Below are positions 1 to 10,213 of a stretch of DNA of 64,000 bases, piece by piece; position 1 is the first letter of the stretch, and each line of letters begins with the position of its first letter. The stretch is from a virus. Position numbers and translations under genes: made by a program. Under the pieces are notes generated by a model, which saw only the letters and a list, made by a program, of their open reading frames with translations, searched no databases and was not told the DNA's origin. Location: IMG/VR virus record IMGVR_UViG_3300031088_000737, positions 64,001 through 128,000 of that record; one strand, given 5' to 3'.

Positions 1-300
1 AGCTACCAAAGGAAGAATAATAAAAAGAATCCCCGCTATTTTTTTTAGAAATGAATTGAACACTTCATTTACAAAAATAGGTGTTGAGTACAGCAATACT
101 AATATAGCGACAATAATCCATATGATAACTGTTTGGTCATGATACATAGCGATTTGTGATGACATGTTTGTTTCTTGTATGAACGACATCAAATGATACG
201 GTAAAAAATATAACAATCCATAGCCAATGACTAAACCTAACGCGATTGAACCTACAACTGGCCCACCTAAAATAATTAACTCAAACAACAACTCTAACAT
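1..300 (-). CDS. Membrane protein, 3' end runs off the window
   Basis: ATG at 300 with AGGAG RBS. Manually translated open frame of 100 codons (MLELLFELIILGGPVVGSIALG...) with several hydrophobic segments. Not in the ORF track because it is truncated. Confidence 0.75.
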   Translation of the reverse strand, partial: MLELLFELIILGGPVVGSIALGLVIGYGLLYFLPYHLMSFIQETNMSSQIAMYHDQTVIIWIIVAILVLLYSTPIFVNEVFNSFLKKIAGILFIILPLVA

Positions 301-362
301 AACAAAACTCCTTTTAGTTATGAATTTTTACATTTATTCTTTTTCAAGTCAATCCTATTTAG

Positions 363-1361
363 TTAAATTTTAAGCATAGTGAGTGATATCAGATAACTTT
401 GAAAAGCTTCTGGTGTTTGAAATTCTCCAATTGTTGGATCTATTTTTAATTTTGTTACATCTTCAACAAAGGATGTAAATATTGGATCATAAAAATCTTG
501 ATAATTATCAGAAATATATTTTAAAATAACTGTATCCATTTCAGTTTGACTAATTGAATAATTTTTTTGAATATTGACATTGATTATATTGTCCCCCATA
601 TATTCTAAAATAAATTTCATTTTTTTATCTAGACGTGACTTCATGCCATTATTAAAGGATGCAAATAGAGTATGGTTTTCAAATAAATGGTGGACAGCAT
701 TAAACATTTTTGAGAGGTTAGCATTATATAGCTCTACTTTTTGTTTAATTTCAGTAGGCAATGTAATAGATGAATTACAAGTCAGTAGATCATTTATAAA
801 ATGAGCTTCACCCACGTAAACTGGATTCTCTTTAATATGTATGATATTGCTATCATGACTAAACCCATAATCTGTTTTTAAAATTCTTACAAGACCATCA
901 TGACCACTAGCTACCTTTCTCAATCTGAAATTGCCAAAGATAGGAATGCTCACATCAGTTACAAAATCGTAAGACTCTCCACTTTCCATTGAGCTTCTTA
1001 TAATAATTTTTTCAAAAATGTCTTTAAAATATTTTGTTGAATAAGACGTTTCACTATTTTCAAATCGAGCGGTTGTATAATTGTCTTTTGAATCTATTGT
1101 CAATGAAGTATTATTCAAATTCCCATTTTTTCTCACTCTTAAACCTATAGTTTTGTTTCTACTATCAAAGTAAAAATGAAGGTCAGATGGATGTTGATAG
1201 TTGATTAAGATATAAGTCAAGAGGTTGTCGATAGGTTCAAAGGTTTTAGAATTATAAAAAACGCCATCTTTTTCTATATATTCAAGTGAGCTTAATTCAC
1301 ATCCAAGAAGACTTAAAAATTTAAGGGCGTTGTCTAATTCTTTTGTTTCAAAGTTCAGCAT
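363..1361 (-). CDS. Hypothetical protein (332 aa) ending in the M-x-x-I C-terminal tag
   Basis: Long ORF ending ...QSYLISLTMLKI; upstream AAAGGA RBS. Confidence 0.75.
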   Translation of the reverse strand: MLNFETKELDNALKFLSLLGCELSSLEYIEKDGVFYNSKTFEPIDNLLTYILINYQHPSDLHFYFDSRNKTIGLRVRKNGNLNNTSLTIDSKDNYTTARFENSETSYSTKYFKDIFEKIIIRSSMESGESYDFVTDVSIPIFGNFRLRKVASGHDGLVRILKTDYGFSHDSNIIHIKENPVYVGEAHFINDLLTCNSSITLPTEIKQKVELYNANLSKMFNAVHHLFENHTLFASFNNGMKSRLDKKMKFILEYMGDNIINVNIQKNYSISQTEMDTVILKYISDNYQDFYDPIFTSFVEDVTKLKIDPTIGEFQTPEAFQSYLISLTMLKI

Positions 1362-1417
1362 GGGTTTTAGTCCTTTTTATATTTTTTAGCAAAAAGACCT
1401 TTTCAAAGGTCTTTTAT

Positions 1418-1606
1418 TTAAACGTAAACGTCTATGCGTTGATGTACTGTATTATTTTGTTCTTGTTCTATCTTATTAGTCTCGTAGACATGCTTTTGGA
1501 TTTCAACGTCTGTGTTCACTTTTCTGTTGATGACATCACGTTCATGAACTACTTTGGTAACGCTGTAAGTGCAATGATTGTTTACATTAAAATTAATAGT
1601 GCTCAT
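1418..1606 (-). CDS. Small hypothetical protein (62 aa)
   Basis: AGGAG RBS; followed by the hairpin AAAAGACCT-TTTCAA-AGGTCTTTT at about 1391-1415. Confidence 0.65.
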   Translation of the reverse strand: MSTINFNVNNHCTYSVTKVVHERDVINRKVNTDVEIQKHVYETNKIEQEQNNTVHQRIDVYV

Positions 1607-1927
1607 AAGTAAATCTCCTATAGATTTTTTACAATGTGATTATACTCTTTTTCTTGTTTGTTTTCAAGTCTTATTTGATATTTTAATCGAAGCCCCGTAA
1701 AAAAATAAAAAATATATTTTCTTTATTTAATAAGTAAATATTGATTTTTAAATATTTTTAATAATTATTTATTGAACTGTAATTGCAATTTATCATTCAA
1801 ATGATATTCTGTATTAAAATATATTATTCGTTTTTTGAATACAATCATAAATTAGAAATAAAAAATAGTCTTCAATTATTAATATATATGCTAGTATATA
1901 AATAATTTACTAATAAAGGAGTTCACC

Positions 1928-2521
1928 ATGATTAAAAAAATTACTTTATTTGCAGCATTACTAACTTTATCTGGATGTAGCACTTATTATGAAATGAAAA
2001 ATTGTGATCCAGAAAAAAATTACATTAATTCCAATCCAGAGGCATTAGAAAATTATAAAAAAATTGTTGCTGCTGGTGAGGTTAACAGTTATTATTTAAA
2101 AATTATTCCAACTCCATCATGTGAAAATAATAAATGTATATCATATGAAATTAATAAATATGATTTTATAGAAATGTATTTTAATGATAGTTCACGACAA
2201 GGAATTTATACAATTAAATTAAGCACAGATCCTTTGGATAAAAACTGTATTAAAAAGCAGTATAATTCTGATAAAAATTGTTATTCTGTAACAAAAAACC
2301 TTGATAATAAAATTCGTTCCCGTTTTTATTTAGAAGCAAATTTTACAGGAAACTTATTTTATCGAAAATTTGTCGATCTTCAAGAGAATGTTGAATTATT
2401 TACATCATCCTATCAGGTATATCATATACCAACAGCATTAGACAACCCGTCAGGGGGCATCTGTAAAACAAAGAATACACCAGAAGAATACATTTTTGAC
2501 ATTACAAAATATCCAAAATAA
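1928..2521 (+). CDS. Lipoprotein, putative immunity/partner of the downstream lipase-RTX protein (copy 1)
   Basis: Lipobox LSGC after a short hydrophobic signal; AAGGAG RBS; paralog of 2562..3152. Confidence 0.8.
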   Translation: MIKKITLFAALLTLSGCSTYYEMKNCDPEKNYINSNPEALENYKKIVAAGEVNSYYLKIIPTPSCENNKCISYEINKYDFIEMYFNDSSRQGIYTIKLSTDPLDKNCIKKQYNSDKNCYSVTKNLDNKIRSRFYLEANFTGNLFYRKFVDLQENVELFTSSYQVYHIPTALDNPSGGICKTKNTPEEYIFDITKYPK

Positions 2522-2920
2522 AAATAAATAGACCCAAGTTAAATAACTTAATGAGTTTACCATGATTAATAAAATTACTCTACTGACAGTATTATTGGCT
2601 TTATCTGGATGTAGCACTTACTATGAAATGAAAAATTGTGATCCAGAAAAAAATTACATTAATTCCAATCCAGAGGCATTAGAAAATTATAAAAAAATTG
2701 TTGCTGCTGGTGAGGTTAACAGTTATTATTTAAAAATTATTCCAACTCCATCATGTGAAAATAATAAATGTATATCATATGAAATTAATAAATATGATTT
2801 TATAGAAATGTATTTTAATGATAGTTCACGACAAGGAATTTATACAATTAAATTAAGCACAGATCCTTTGGATAAAAACTGTATTAAAAAGCAGTATAAT
2901 TCTGATAAAAATTGTTATTC
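1988..2920 (+). repeat. Direct repeat: 1988-2286 identical to 2622-2920 (299 bp, offset 634)
   Basis: Base-by-base comparison. A further 22 bp upstream also match apart from one mismatch (1987 T vs 2621 C). Both 3' thirds have diverged. Confidence 0.9.
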
Positions 2921-3152
2921 AGTTACGAAAAATAATAATGAAATTAAATCAAGATTTTATGTAGAATCAAATTATAATAATCATATTTTTTATAAGAAAT
3001 TTACAGATTTAAAAGAAAACATTGTTTTATTTGAATCTTCATATCAAGTTTATCATATACCCACATCATTAGATATTCCATCAGGTGGAGTATGCCATAT
3101 AAAAAACAATCCAAAAAATTATATTTTTGATATTTACGGATATCCAAAATAA
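2562..3152 (+). CDS. Lipoprotein, putative immunity/partner of the downstream lipase-RTX protein (copy 2)
   Basis: Lipobox LSGC; tandem paralog of 1928..2521. Confidence 0.8.
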   Translation: MINKITLLTVLLALSGCSTYYEMKNCDPEKNYINSNPEALENYKKIVAAGEVNSYYLKIIPTPSCENNKCISYEINKYDFIEMYFNDSSRQGIYTIKLSTDPLDKNCIKKQYNSDKNCYSVTKNNNEIKSRFYVESNYNNHIFYKKFTDLKENIVLFESSYQVYHIPTSLDIPSGGVCHIKNNPKNYIFDIYGYPK

Positions 3153-3178
3153 AAAAAATCAATTAAACTCGGAGTATT

Positions 3179-6100
3179 ATGTCATTAAATTATACAAATC
3201 AATATATTCAATCAATTTTATCATACATAGATTATATCACGTTTGATGGAACAGATGGTAAAGAAATATTGTTAAATAAAAATTATACGAACTTAACAGA
3301 TAAAACTTCCTTTTTAAATAGGGCTAAAGAATATATAGACAATCCAATAACTTATGCAGAAATGGAATCTAGTTTAGAGTTTTTTACATCACATTTTAAG
3401 ATCATTAATCAGGAAACAGCAGACAATTCTAATGGATTTACGGGAACAACTTACCAGTTGATAAGTCCAATTGAGGGATCTACTTATAATGTTGGAGAAA
3501 TTTTTGTATCTTACACTGGGACAGAGGCAGAGTCTGGTGATTATTTTACGGATTTAAAATTAACTTTTTCTGATTCTATTACTTTTACTAGATCATCACA
3601 AGAACCATTAGCTTTAGATTATTTAAAGAGAACATTAAACAACTCAAATGGAAATGTTGTAAATATTTCAGGACATTCGTTAGGTGGTTATTTAGCAGCA
3701 AGAAGTTATTATTATCTTACAACAGAAGAAATAAAAAAAATAGGTGAGGTGACAACTTTTAATGGAGCTGGTTTTTCTGTTTTAGACGGAGGTTTAGACC
3801 CAGTAAAAAGAGCTTTATATGAAGAAAAAATAAACAATATTTTTTCTTACAGGGGGCTGAATGTTACTACAAGCAATATTGGTGAAATTGATATTTCTAA
3901 TGCTTTGAAAGGTTCTTGGACACTTATTTCAACTTTTCAACATTTAGGTCCAAGAATAGGTGTATTTACTGAAAATCCGGGTGGATGGAAAGGAAATCAT
4001 AGCATGTCTATGTTAGTCAACACTATGGGATTTTATTCTATTTTAAGTAAAATAATTACTGATGTTTTCTATGTTGAAGATGATAACGGTGTCGAATATT
4101 TGGGTGATGATGCTGTTGTTTATTGGGTTAATAAGCTGTTGAGTGGTTCGTTTTATGACACTATTGATTTTGGACAAGCTTATAATACATTAGCTTCCAA
4201 AATAATGGAAATGTTTAATATACCAGAAAATGAGAGTTCAAAAGCAGGTTACCCATCAGCTCAATTTCTTTCTTTATTTGATTATTTTACAGAAAATAAT
4301 AATTTAAAAATTAAAATATTTGAAAATGTTCATTCAGAATCACCTGTTATAACTAATTTTGATAACAATAGTAATCGTGCTTATATGTATGCATTATTAA
4401 ATGACTTACCATTTACTGTTATTGTTCCTGAATCTTATAATACAGGGATATACCAAAAAACAAACCAAGATGGTTTTCAATATACATCAAATATAAAATA
4501 TAATGTAGAATATTATAGTGAGGATTATATAAGTCTAAGATCTATTTACAATAAACTATATACAAAGATACTATCTGACAAATTATCAAGTTCTTTAACT
4601 TATAATTTCACTGATGCTACTATTGTTATAGATGGTTTTGATAAATTTGCATTTATTGATGAAATCAATGTATCTGGAAGCCCAAATAATTACAACGTAA
4701 TTTATGTAAATACAACAAAAGATGAATACATTCCTGATAACGTTCCATTGATCTATTTTAAAGCTGACACTGGTCGTTATCTTGATGTAAAACTCGGTAA
4801 TGCTATTATATATGACACACCGGGTAACGACTCTATTAGGATATATTCAGATAATAATATAATCAACTCCACTTATGGCACAGATATTATTGAAATAGTA
4901 AGTGGAACTGTTGGCAATGTGATTATGCTGAAAGATTTAATAGCCACTGATAAAGAGCAATCCTTGATTGTTAGAAATAACAGTCAATTAGAGCACAGTC
5001 TTACTATCAGTGCTGATAATGTTAACATGGGAGATCTGATTGGAAGAATTAGTGATAACAAGGATTTCACATTAGATTTCGGTAATAAGGTTATAATTCT
5101 TTCAGGTAATACTGATTTAAATGTGGGTGGTTCTCAACATTCTTCGGCAGATATCAATGCTTTATTAAAAAACTTCCCTGAATTGTATTCAGTAGCGGCA
5201 GGACATAATTTTGTTTTTAATGAAAAATTTATTGATGATTACATAAAGATCACAGCCAAAAACTTTTCTGGTCAACTTGGATATGAAAACACACAAACAG
5301 TATCGTCAGAACATGCTGCTTATGTAATTGACAAGTTAACACAATATAGCCAAGACATGAATGATTCTTCATCATTATTCATACAAGAAGAAAAAAATAA
5401 ATTGAATAATAAAGTTACAAGTATCTCTTCATCATTAAATGTGAATGGATTACAAGAAGATATCTTAAATATGGTCATCCCATTAATAAAAAACAAAGTT
5501 GAAGCACAGTCAGTTGCTTTTATTCTTCAAAACAAGTTAGATGATTTTAAATATTTAGATCTTAGTCATCAAGTTAATATGGCAACAGAAGATGGCATGG
5601 CTAATAATAGAGCTGATAACATATATGGAAAAAAAGAAACGAAAAATTATATAGCACACTATACTTCTGAAGGTGATAAATATTGGGTATGGGATGGTAA
5701 ATATTATTATAATAGAGCTATTGATGGGGTTCAAGTATCTGCTTTTTATGATAGTGTTGAACGTGGTGAAGTAATGAATTATTATGTAGAGAATATTGTT
5801 TTGAAAAGCAGTTCAACATTTAGCAGTAATGTTCTTTCTGGATCTAATGGGTCGGATCTTTTAATTGGTGAACATGTTTATGGTCAAACAAACGATTTTG
5901 GAGTCGCAGGTGGAAAGACAGTCACAGAAGCAAACACCGTACAAAATGGAAATGATATTTTAATCGGTAAAGTAGCATCAGCATATTCAGGTAATAATTT
6001 TATATATGGTTCAGAAGGTGCCTATGGAGGATCAGGTAATGATTTGATTATTGGTGGTGGGACGATTATGGCAAATCAAAATTATAAAAATGATACAGAA

Positions 6101-9100
6101 AGCACTAATAATGAAAATGAGATAATAATATTATCATTATCAGATGTATATAGTTCTAATGGTAAAAATAATATTATAGATTTAGGCGAGGCAGGCAGCA
6201 ATATATTTGGAACTAGAAATGATACTTTTATTGGTGGTAGTGGACATTCTACATTTATTGGTGGTTATAATGCTTATTTTGCTTTAAGATATGGTGACAT
6301 CTCTTTTGGTTTGGATGGTGAGAATTTCTTAGAAACATTTAGAATGAAATTTAATATTCTTGATGATTTTTATAATTTACATAAAGTTAATCAATCTTTA
6401 GGTAAAAATATTATTTTAGCTGGCTCAGGTGGTGTGTCTGCTTCTCTTGGATATGGTGATTATATAGAGAATATGAAAGGTGGCGGTGGACAAATTATCG
6501 GATTAGGTGGTAATGATATATTTATTAAAGATCATACAGGTATAATATCAGGTGGTTCATCTAATATTAATATAACAGGAAATAATAATACAGTATATTT
6601 TGGAGTCAAAGATCAATATAGTTTATCTAATGCAAATAATAATATTTTGTATAGTAGAGGTTATCGAGATAATATTAATTTGGGTAATGATTACTATCAA
6701 ATTACTGGTATAGATAATACTCTATTATTAGGTAAATCTTCTTATAATATAAAATTAGATGGCGAAAGCACCCAAGTTAAATTTAAAGAAAATAACAATA
6801 ATAACAACATTGTTATAAATGAATCTAAAACTACATCTATTGATGTTGGCTTTCAAAATATCCTGACTATTGAAAGCCAAAATGAAATTTCTTTAAGATA
6901 TGGAAATCTTACTGAGCTTTTAATAAATACCAGATCACCATTAAGCCTTAATAGTATTATATCTGATCGCATTGTGTTACAAAATTATAATGGTATGAAT
7001 AACAGTGATATTTTTGCTTTATATAGTGTTACTGTTGACAACTTAACTGCTAGTAGTGGTATTATAACAGGCAGTGTAACTGATGTGTCAACAGCTAGTT
7101 TTGAAGGGACATTAGGCGGATTTTCTTTAAATGGTTCTGCTCTAGGAGCAAATGTTGAATTGAAAGGTTTTATTGAAGGTGTGAATACTTTATTTAATAA
7201 CGTCAAATCATTTAATTTTCAGCAAACAATTAGAACATACGAGCAAGCTATTATTGAAATTAAAGATTCCAATATTGATAATTATACATCATCAGGGAGC
7301 ACTAGATTTAGTGGACAAAATACAAATATTGATTCATTAACAGTTAGTGGCCTTAAAAACTCAATTTCTGTTGATGGATCTGTCAATTCAGCTATATTAT
7401 CATCAACAAGTGAACTATTTTTTAATGCAAAATCAATTAAGTCATTACAGGCAAGTTCTAATGGAGTAGTTGTCAAAGGTAATAATGTATTAGGTGCAAT
7501 ATCAGTAGGTATGGGCATTTATGGAAATTCTTTAATGGTCGATAATGCTAGTTTTATTGAAGTTTCAAATAGTGGCTATGGTTCAATGTTTTTATCAGTT
7601 ACAAATAGTGATGTCGTTAATATCATTAGTGGCTATTATAACGGAGCTGTTTTTACAAGTGTTAATACTGTAAATATAAATTTAGATAATGTTAATCCAT
7701 TAAGTTCTTTTAATGGCGATAATATACATTTAACATCTACAAAACCATTATCAATTAGATATTCTAACAATAAGTATTATCTTAATAATGTATCATTCAC
7801 TTTTATTCCTGATTCTGTTACTGTATCTGGTCGTCAATATAATTCAGAACAGTTAGCAGTATTATTTGAAGTCTTAAAGAAATCTAACTTAGTTCAAGCT
7901 ACTGCACTAATAGATTCAACTGGGATTGGTTATGACTCGATAGGTGATACTAATAATCAAGGTGTTCATGTTGATAGTGGTATTTACATAGGTACTGATA
8001 GTGATGATATTGTTTATGCTACTGATAATAAGGCTTATCGAATTAAAGCAGGTAAAGGTGATGATTATATTGATTTTGGAACAAAGCCAAGAGATTCTTA
8101 TACTCACATTATAGAGTACAATCGTGGTGATGGTTTAGATACTATTAACAGTAACAGTGAAAATATAGAAATACGATTGGGCAACATCGCATCAAATGAA
8201 TTGTCATTTAAAATGATTGATGATGTAGTTACCAATAATAAAGTCCTTAAAGTTTTTTTAGGAACTGAACAAATATTTACTATCAATGGCTTTCTAATTT
8301 CTAACATAATATTTAAGGCAAGTGATAAAAATATACTAAAAGCTGATATTATTAGTTTAACATCTACTATTTATGGTACTGATAATGGTGAAGTTATTGA
8401 AGGACTAACAACAGATACTTATATTGTTGCTGGAAAGGGTAATGATACTATTAATTTTATAGGAAATAATAAAAATGTTCTCTATTACAGTCGTGGAGAT
8501 GGTGTTGACATTGTTAATTCAGTTAGTAATTTTGAAATAAGATTTTCTGCTGATATTTTAAAGTCCAGCGTTCGATATAGTAAAGTAAGCGAAAATGTAT
8601 ATGACATCTATTTAGATGCAATTAAAATATTAACACTAACGAATACAAATCAATCTAAGTTTATTTTCTCAAATGGTGATGTGGTTGATGGATATTATAT
8701 TAATTCGTATCTGTCTGAACAGTTAGGTGGTAAACCTTTTTATGAAAATGGAATATATACAGGAAGCGACCTTCCCGATTATTATGATTTGTCAGAAGGT
8801 GGTGAATATCATTTAAAAGGTAATAAAGGTAATGATACTTTTAATTTTGGTGGAAATAATGAGCATAGTATCTTAGACTATACCGAAGGTGATGGTGTTG
8901 ATACTTTGGAAGGATATTCTAAAAATGTCGATATTAATTTGATTAACATGTCATCTGAATTTTTAACTTCTATTTATGAAAATGGTTACTTACACTTATA
9001 TTATAAAGGAGTTAAAATCATGAGAATTGATGATGTTGATAAATCAAATATTAATATTCACATGAGTGATAAGTCTTTTACTCAAACAGAAATTTTCATA

Positions 9101-10108
9101 TGGGCTTATGGTGAATCAGAAACTACCCCCACAGATCCAGCAAATACTGATGGCGATGATATTATTACGAATGACCCAACAATAGATAACAATATATATG
9201 CTGGTAAAGGTAATGACATTATTAATTTAACAAGTAATCCAGCTTATCCAAATGTTGTAAATAATATCTATTATTTTGATGGCGATGGACATGAAACAAT
9301 TAATAATGATTCAAATAGCAAATATAAAATTTTGTTAGCTAATACTATTGCAGAAGAAGATGTTTCTTACAACACTGGATTTGTAAATGGTTCTGTAATG
9401 CTTTATATTTCTTATAAAAACGATGTTATTTTCACGATCCCATCTTTCAATTTTAATGATTTCACAATTGATTATTTATCATCAGGAAATTCTATTGATA
9501 TGGATTCATTATCAGAAAATTTGATGATGAATTATGGAACAGATGGTGACGACATTTTAACATCAAATCAAGGAGTTGCTGTATTTTTTGCAGATGATGG
9601 TAACGATATTATTAATGTATCTTCTAACATTATGGCTGCTGATATTTATGCAGGCGGTGGTGATGATACGATAAATATTAATAATTATGGATTTAACAAT
9701 ATTAATTATAATGATGGAGATGGATACGATACTATTATCTTAAATAATCATGATAACACTATGATTTTAAATTTATATGACTATGATGAAGCTTCTATTA
9801 GATTCGAATATGATTTAACAAATCCAAATAATTTAAATATTTATAGTGATGAAACGAAAATTATTACAATTGAAAATTATGTGATTGATGATGTATCATT
9901 CGAGTCTATATCTATTGAGTTAAATGATAACACACTTGAAGGAGCTGATATTAATGCCAAAGCTGTTTCAGGTAGTGAGTCTTCTAAATTATTAGCGGAT
10001 TCCAACATTAATGGTCTTATTAGTTTCATGGCTTCTACACCAGATGATTCAGATACAGCAACCAGTGATACTCAATCGGCATCTAGTTATATAAAAAAGA
10101 ATGAGTAA
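3179..10108 (+). CDS. Large RTX-like Ca-binding protein with N-terminal alpha/beta-hydrolase (class 3 lipase-like) domain; probable T1SS substrate
   Basis: GHSLGG nucleophile elbow, YTGTE, TFNGAG, GNHSM. Many GxGxD repeats, and about 5 C-terminal modules (AGKGND...Y..GDG.D.I) like hemolysin-type Ca-binding units. No Sec signal; RTX-like C-terminal tail (NINGLISFMAS). Confidence 0.85.
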   Translation: MSLNYTNQYIQSILSYIDYITFDGTDGKEILLNKNYTNLTDKTSFLNRAKEYIDNPITYAEMESSLEFFTSHFKIINQETADNSNGFTGTTYQLISPIEGSTYNVGEIFVSYTGTEAESGDYFTDLKLTFSDSITFTRSSQEPLALDYLKRTLNNSNGNVVNISGHSLGGYLAARSYYYLTTEEIKKIGEVTTFNGAGFSVLDGGLDPVKRALYEEKINNIFSYRGLNVTTSNIGEIDISNALKGSWTLISTFQHLGPRIGVFTENPGGWKGNHSMSMLVNTMGFYSILSKIITDVFYVEDDNGVEYLGDDAVVYWVNKLLSGSFYDTIDFGQAYNTLASKIMEMFNIPENESSKAGYPSAQFLSLFDYFTENNNLKIKIFENVHSESPVITNFDNNSNRAYMYALLNDLPFTVIVPESYNTGIYQKTNQDGFQYTSNIKYNVEYYSEDYISLRSIYNKLYTKILSDKLSSSLTYNFTDATIVIDGFDKFAFIDEINVSGSPNNYNVIYVNTTKDEYIPDNVPLIYFKADTGRYLDVKLGNAIIYDTPGNDSIRIYSDNNIINSTYGTDIIEIVSGTVGNVIMLKDLIATDKEQSLIVRNNSQLEHSLTISADNVNMGDLIGRISDNKDFTLDFGNKVIILSGNTDLNVGGSQHSSADINALLKNFPELYSVAAGHNFVFNEKFIDDYIKITAKNFSGQLGYENTQTVSSEHAAYVIDKLTQYSQDMNDSSSLFIQEEKNKLNNKVTSISSSLNVNGLQEDILNMVIPLIKNKVEAQSVAFILQNKLDDFKYLDLSHQVNMATEDGMANNRADNIYGKKETKNYIAHYTSEGDKYWVWDGKYYYNRAIDGVQVSAFYDSVERGEVMNYYVENIVLKSSSTFSSNVLSGSNGSDLLIGEHVYGQTNDFGVAGGKTVTEANTVQNGNDILIGKVASAYSGNNFIYGSEGAYGGSGNDLIIGGGTIMANQNYKNDTESTNNENEIIILSLSDVYSSNGKNNIIDLGEAGSNIFGTRNDTFIGGSGHSTFIGGYNAYFALRYGDISFGLDGENFLETFRMKFNILDDFYNLHKVNQSLGKNIILAGSGGVSASLGYGDYIENMKGGGGQIIGLGGNDIFIKDHTGIISGGSSNINITGNNNTVYFGVKDQYSLSNANNNILYSRGYRDNINLGNDYYQITGIDNTLLLGKSSYNIKLDGESTQVKFKENNNNNNIVINESKTTSIDVGFQNILTIESQNEISLRYGNLTELLINTRSPLSLNSIISDRIVLQNYNGMNNSDIFALYSVTVDNLTASSGIITGSVTDVSTASFEGTLGGFSLNGSALGANVELKGFIEGVNTLFNNVKSFNFQQTIRTYEQAIIEIKDSNIDNYTSSGSTRFSGQNTNIDSLTVSGLKNSISVDGSVNSAILSSTSELFFNAKSIKSLQASSNGVVVKGNNVLGAISVGMGIYGNSLMVDNASFIEVSNSGYGSMFLSVTNSDVVNIISGYYNGAVFTSVNTVNINLDNVNPLSSFNGDNIHLTSTKPLSIRYSNNKYYLNNVSFTFIPDSVTVSGRQYNSEQLAVLFEVLKKSNLVQATALIDSTGIGYDSIGDTNNQGVHVDSGIYIGTDSDDIVYATDNKAYRIKAGKGDDYIDFGTKPRDSYTHIIEYNRGDGLDTINSNSENIEIRLGNIASNELSFKMIDDVVTNNKVLKVFLGTEQIFTINGFLISNIIFKASDKNILKADIISLTSTIYGTDNGEVIEGLTTDTYIVAGKGNDTINFIGNNKNVLYYSRGDGVDIVNSVSNFEIRFSADILKSSVRYSKVSENVYDIYLDAIKILTLTNTNQSKFIFSNGDVVDGYYINSYLSEQLGGKPFYENGIYTGSDLPDYYDLSEGGEYHLKGNKGNDTFNFGGNNEHSILDYTEGDGVDTLEGYSKNVDINLINMSSEFLTSIYENGYLHLYYKGVKIMRIDDVDKSNINIHMSDKSFTQTEIFIWAYGESETTPTDPANTDGDDIITNDPTIDNNIYAGKGNDIINLTSNPAYPNVVNNIYYFDGDGHETINNDSNSKYKILLANTIAEEDVSYNTGFVNGSVMLYISYKNDVIFTIPSFNFNDFTIDYLSSGNSIDMDSLSENLMMNYGTDGDDILTSNQGVAVFFADDGNDIINVSSNIMAADIYAGGGDDTININNYGFNNINYNDGDGYDTIILNNHDNTMILNLYDYDEASIRFEYDLTNPNNLNIYSDETKIITIENYVIDDVSFESISIELNDNTLEGADINAKAVSGSESSKLLADSNINGLISFMASTPDDSDTATSDTQSASSYIKKNE

Positions 10109-10127
10109 GTTTTAAACTCTCTCAAAG

Positions 10128-10151
10128 AATCGCTTTCGAGCGATTTTTTTT
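10128..10151 (+). terminator. Intrinsic terminator after the RTX gene
   Basis: AATCGCT-TTCG-AGCGATT followed by a T-run. Confidence 0.8.
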
Positions 10152-10213
10152 ATTTCTATTTTTTTAATATCTTAAACATGTTACAATATAATAAATAATT
10201 AACTTAAATAACA

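Noticed and set aside
1343-1612. Plus-strand 89-aa hydrophobic ORF
   Set aside because: Overlaps the minus-strand 62-aa gene, which has a clear AGGAG RBS and terminator.
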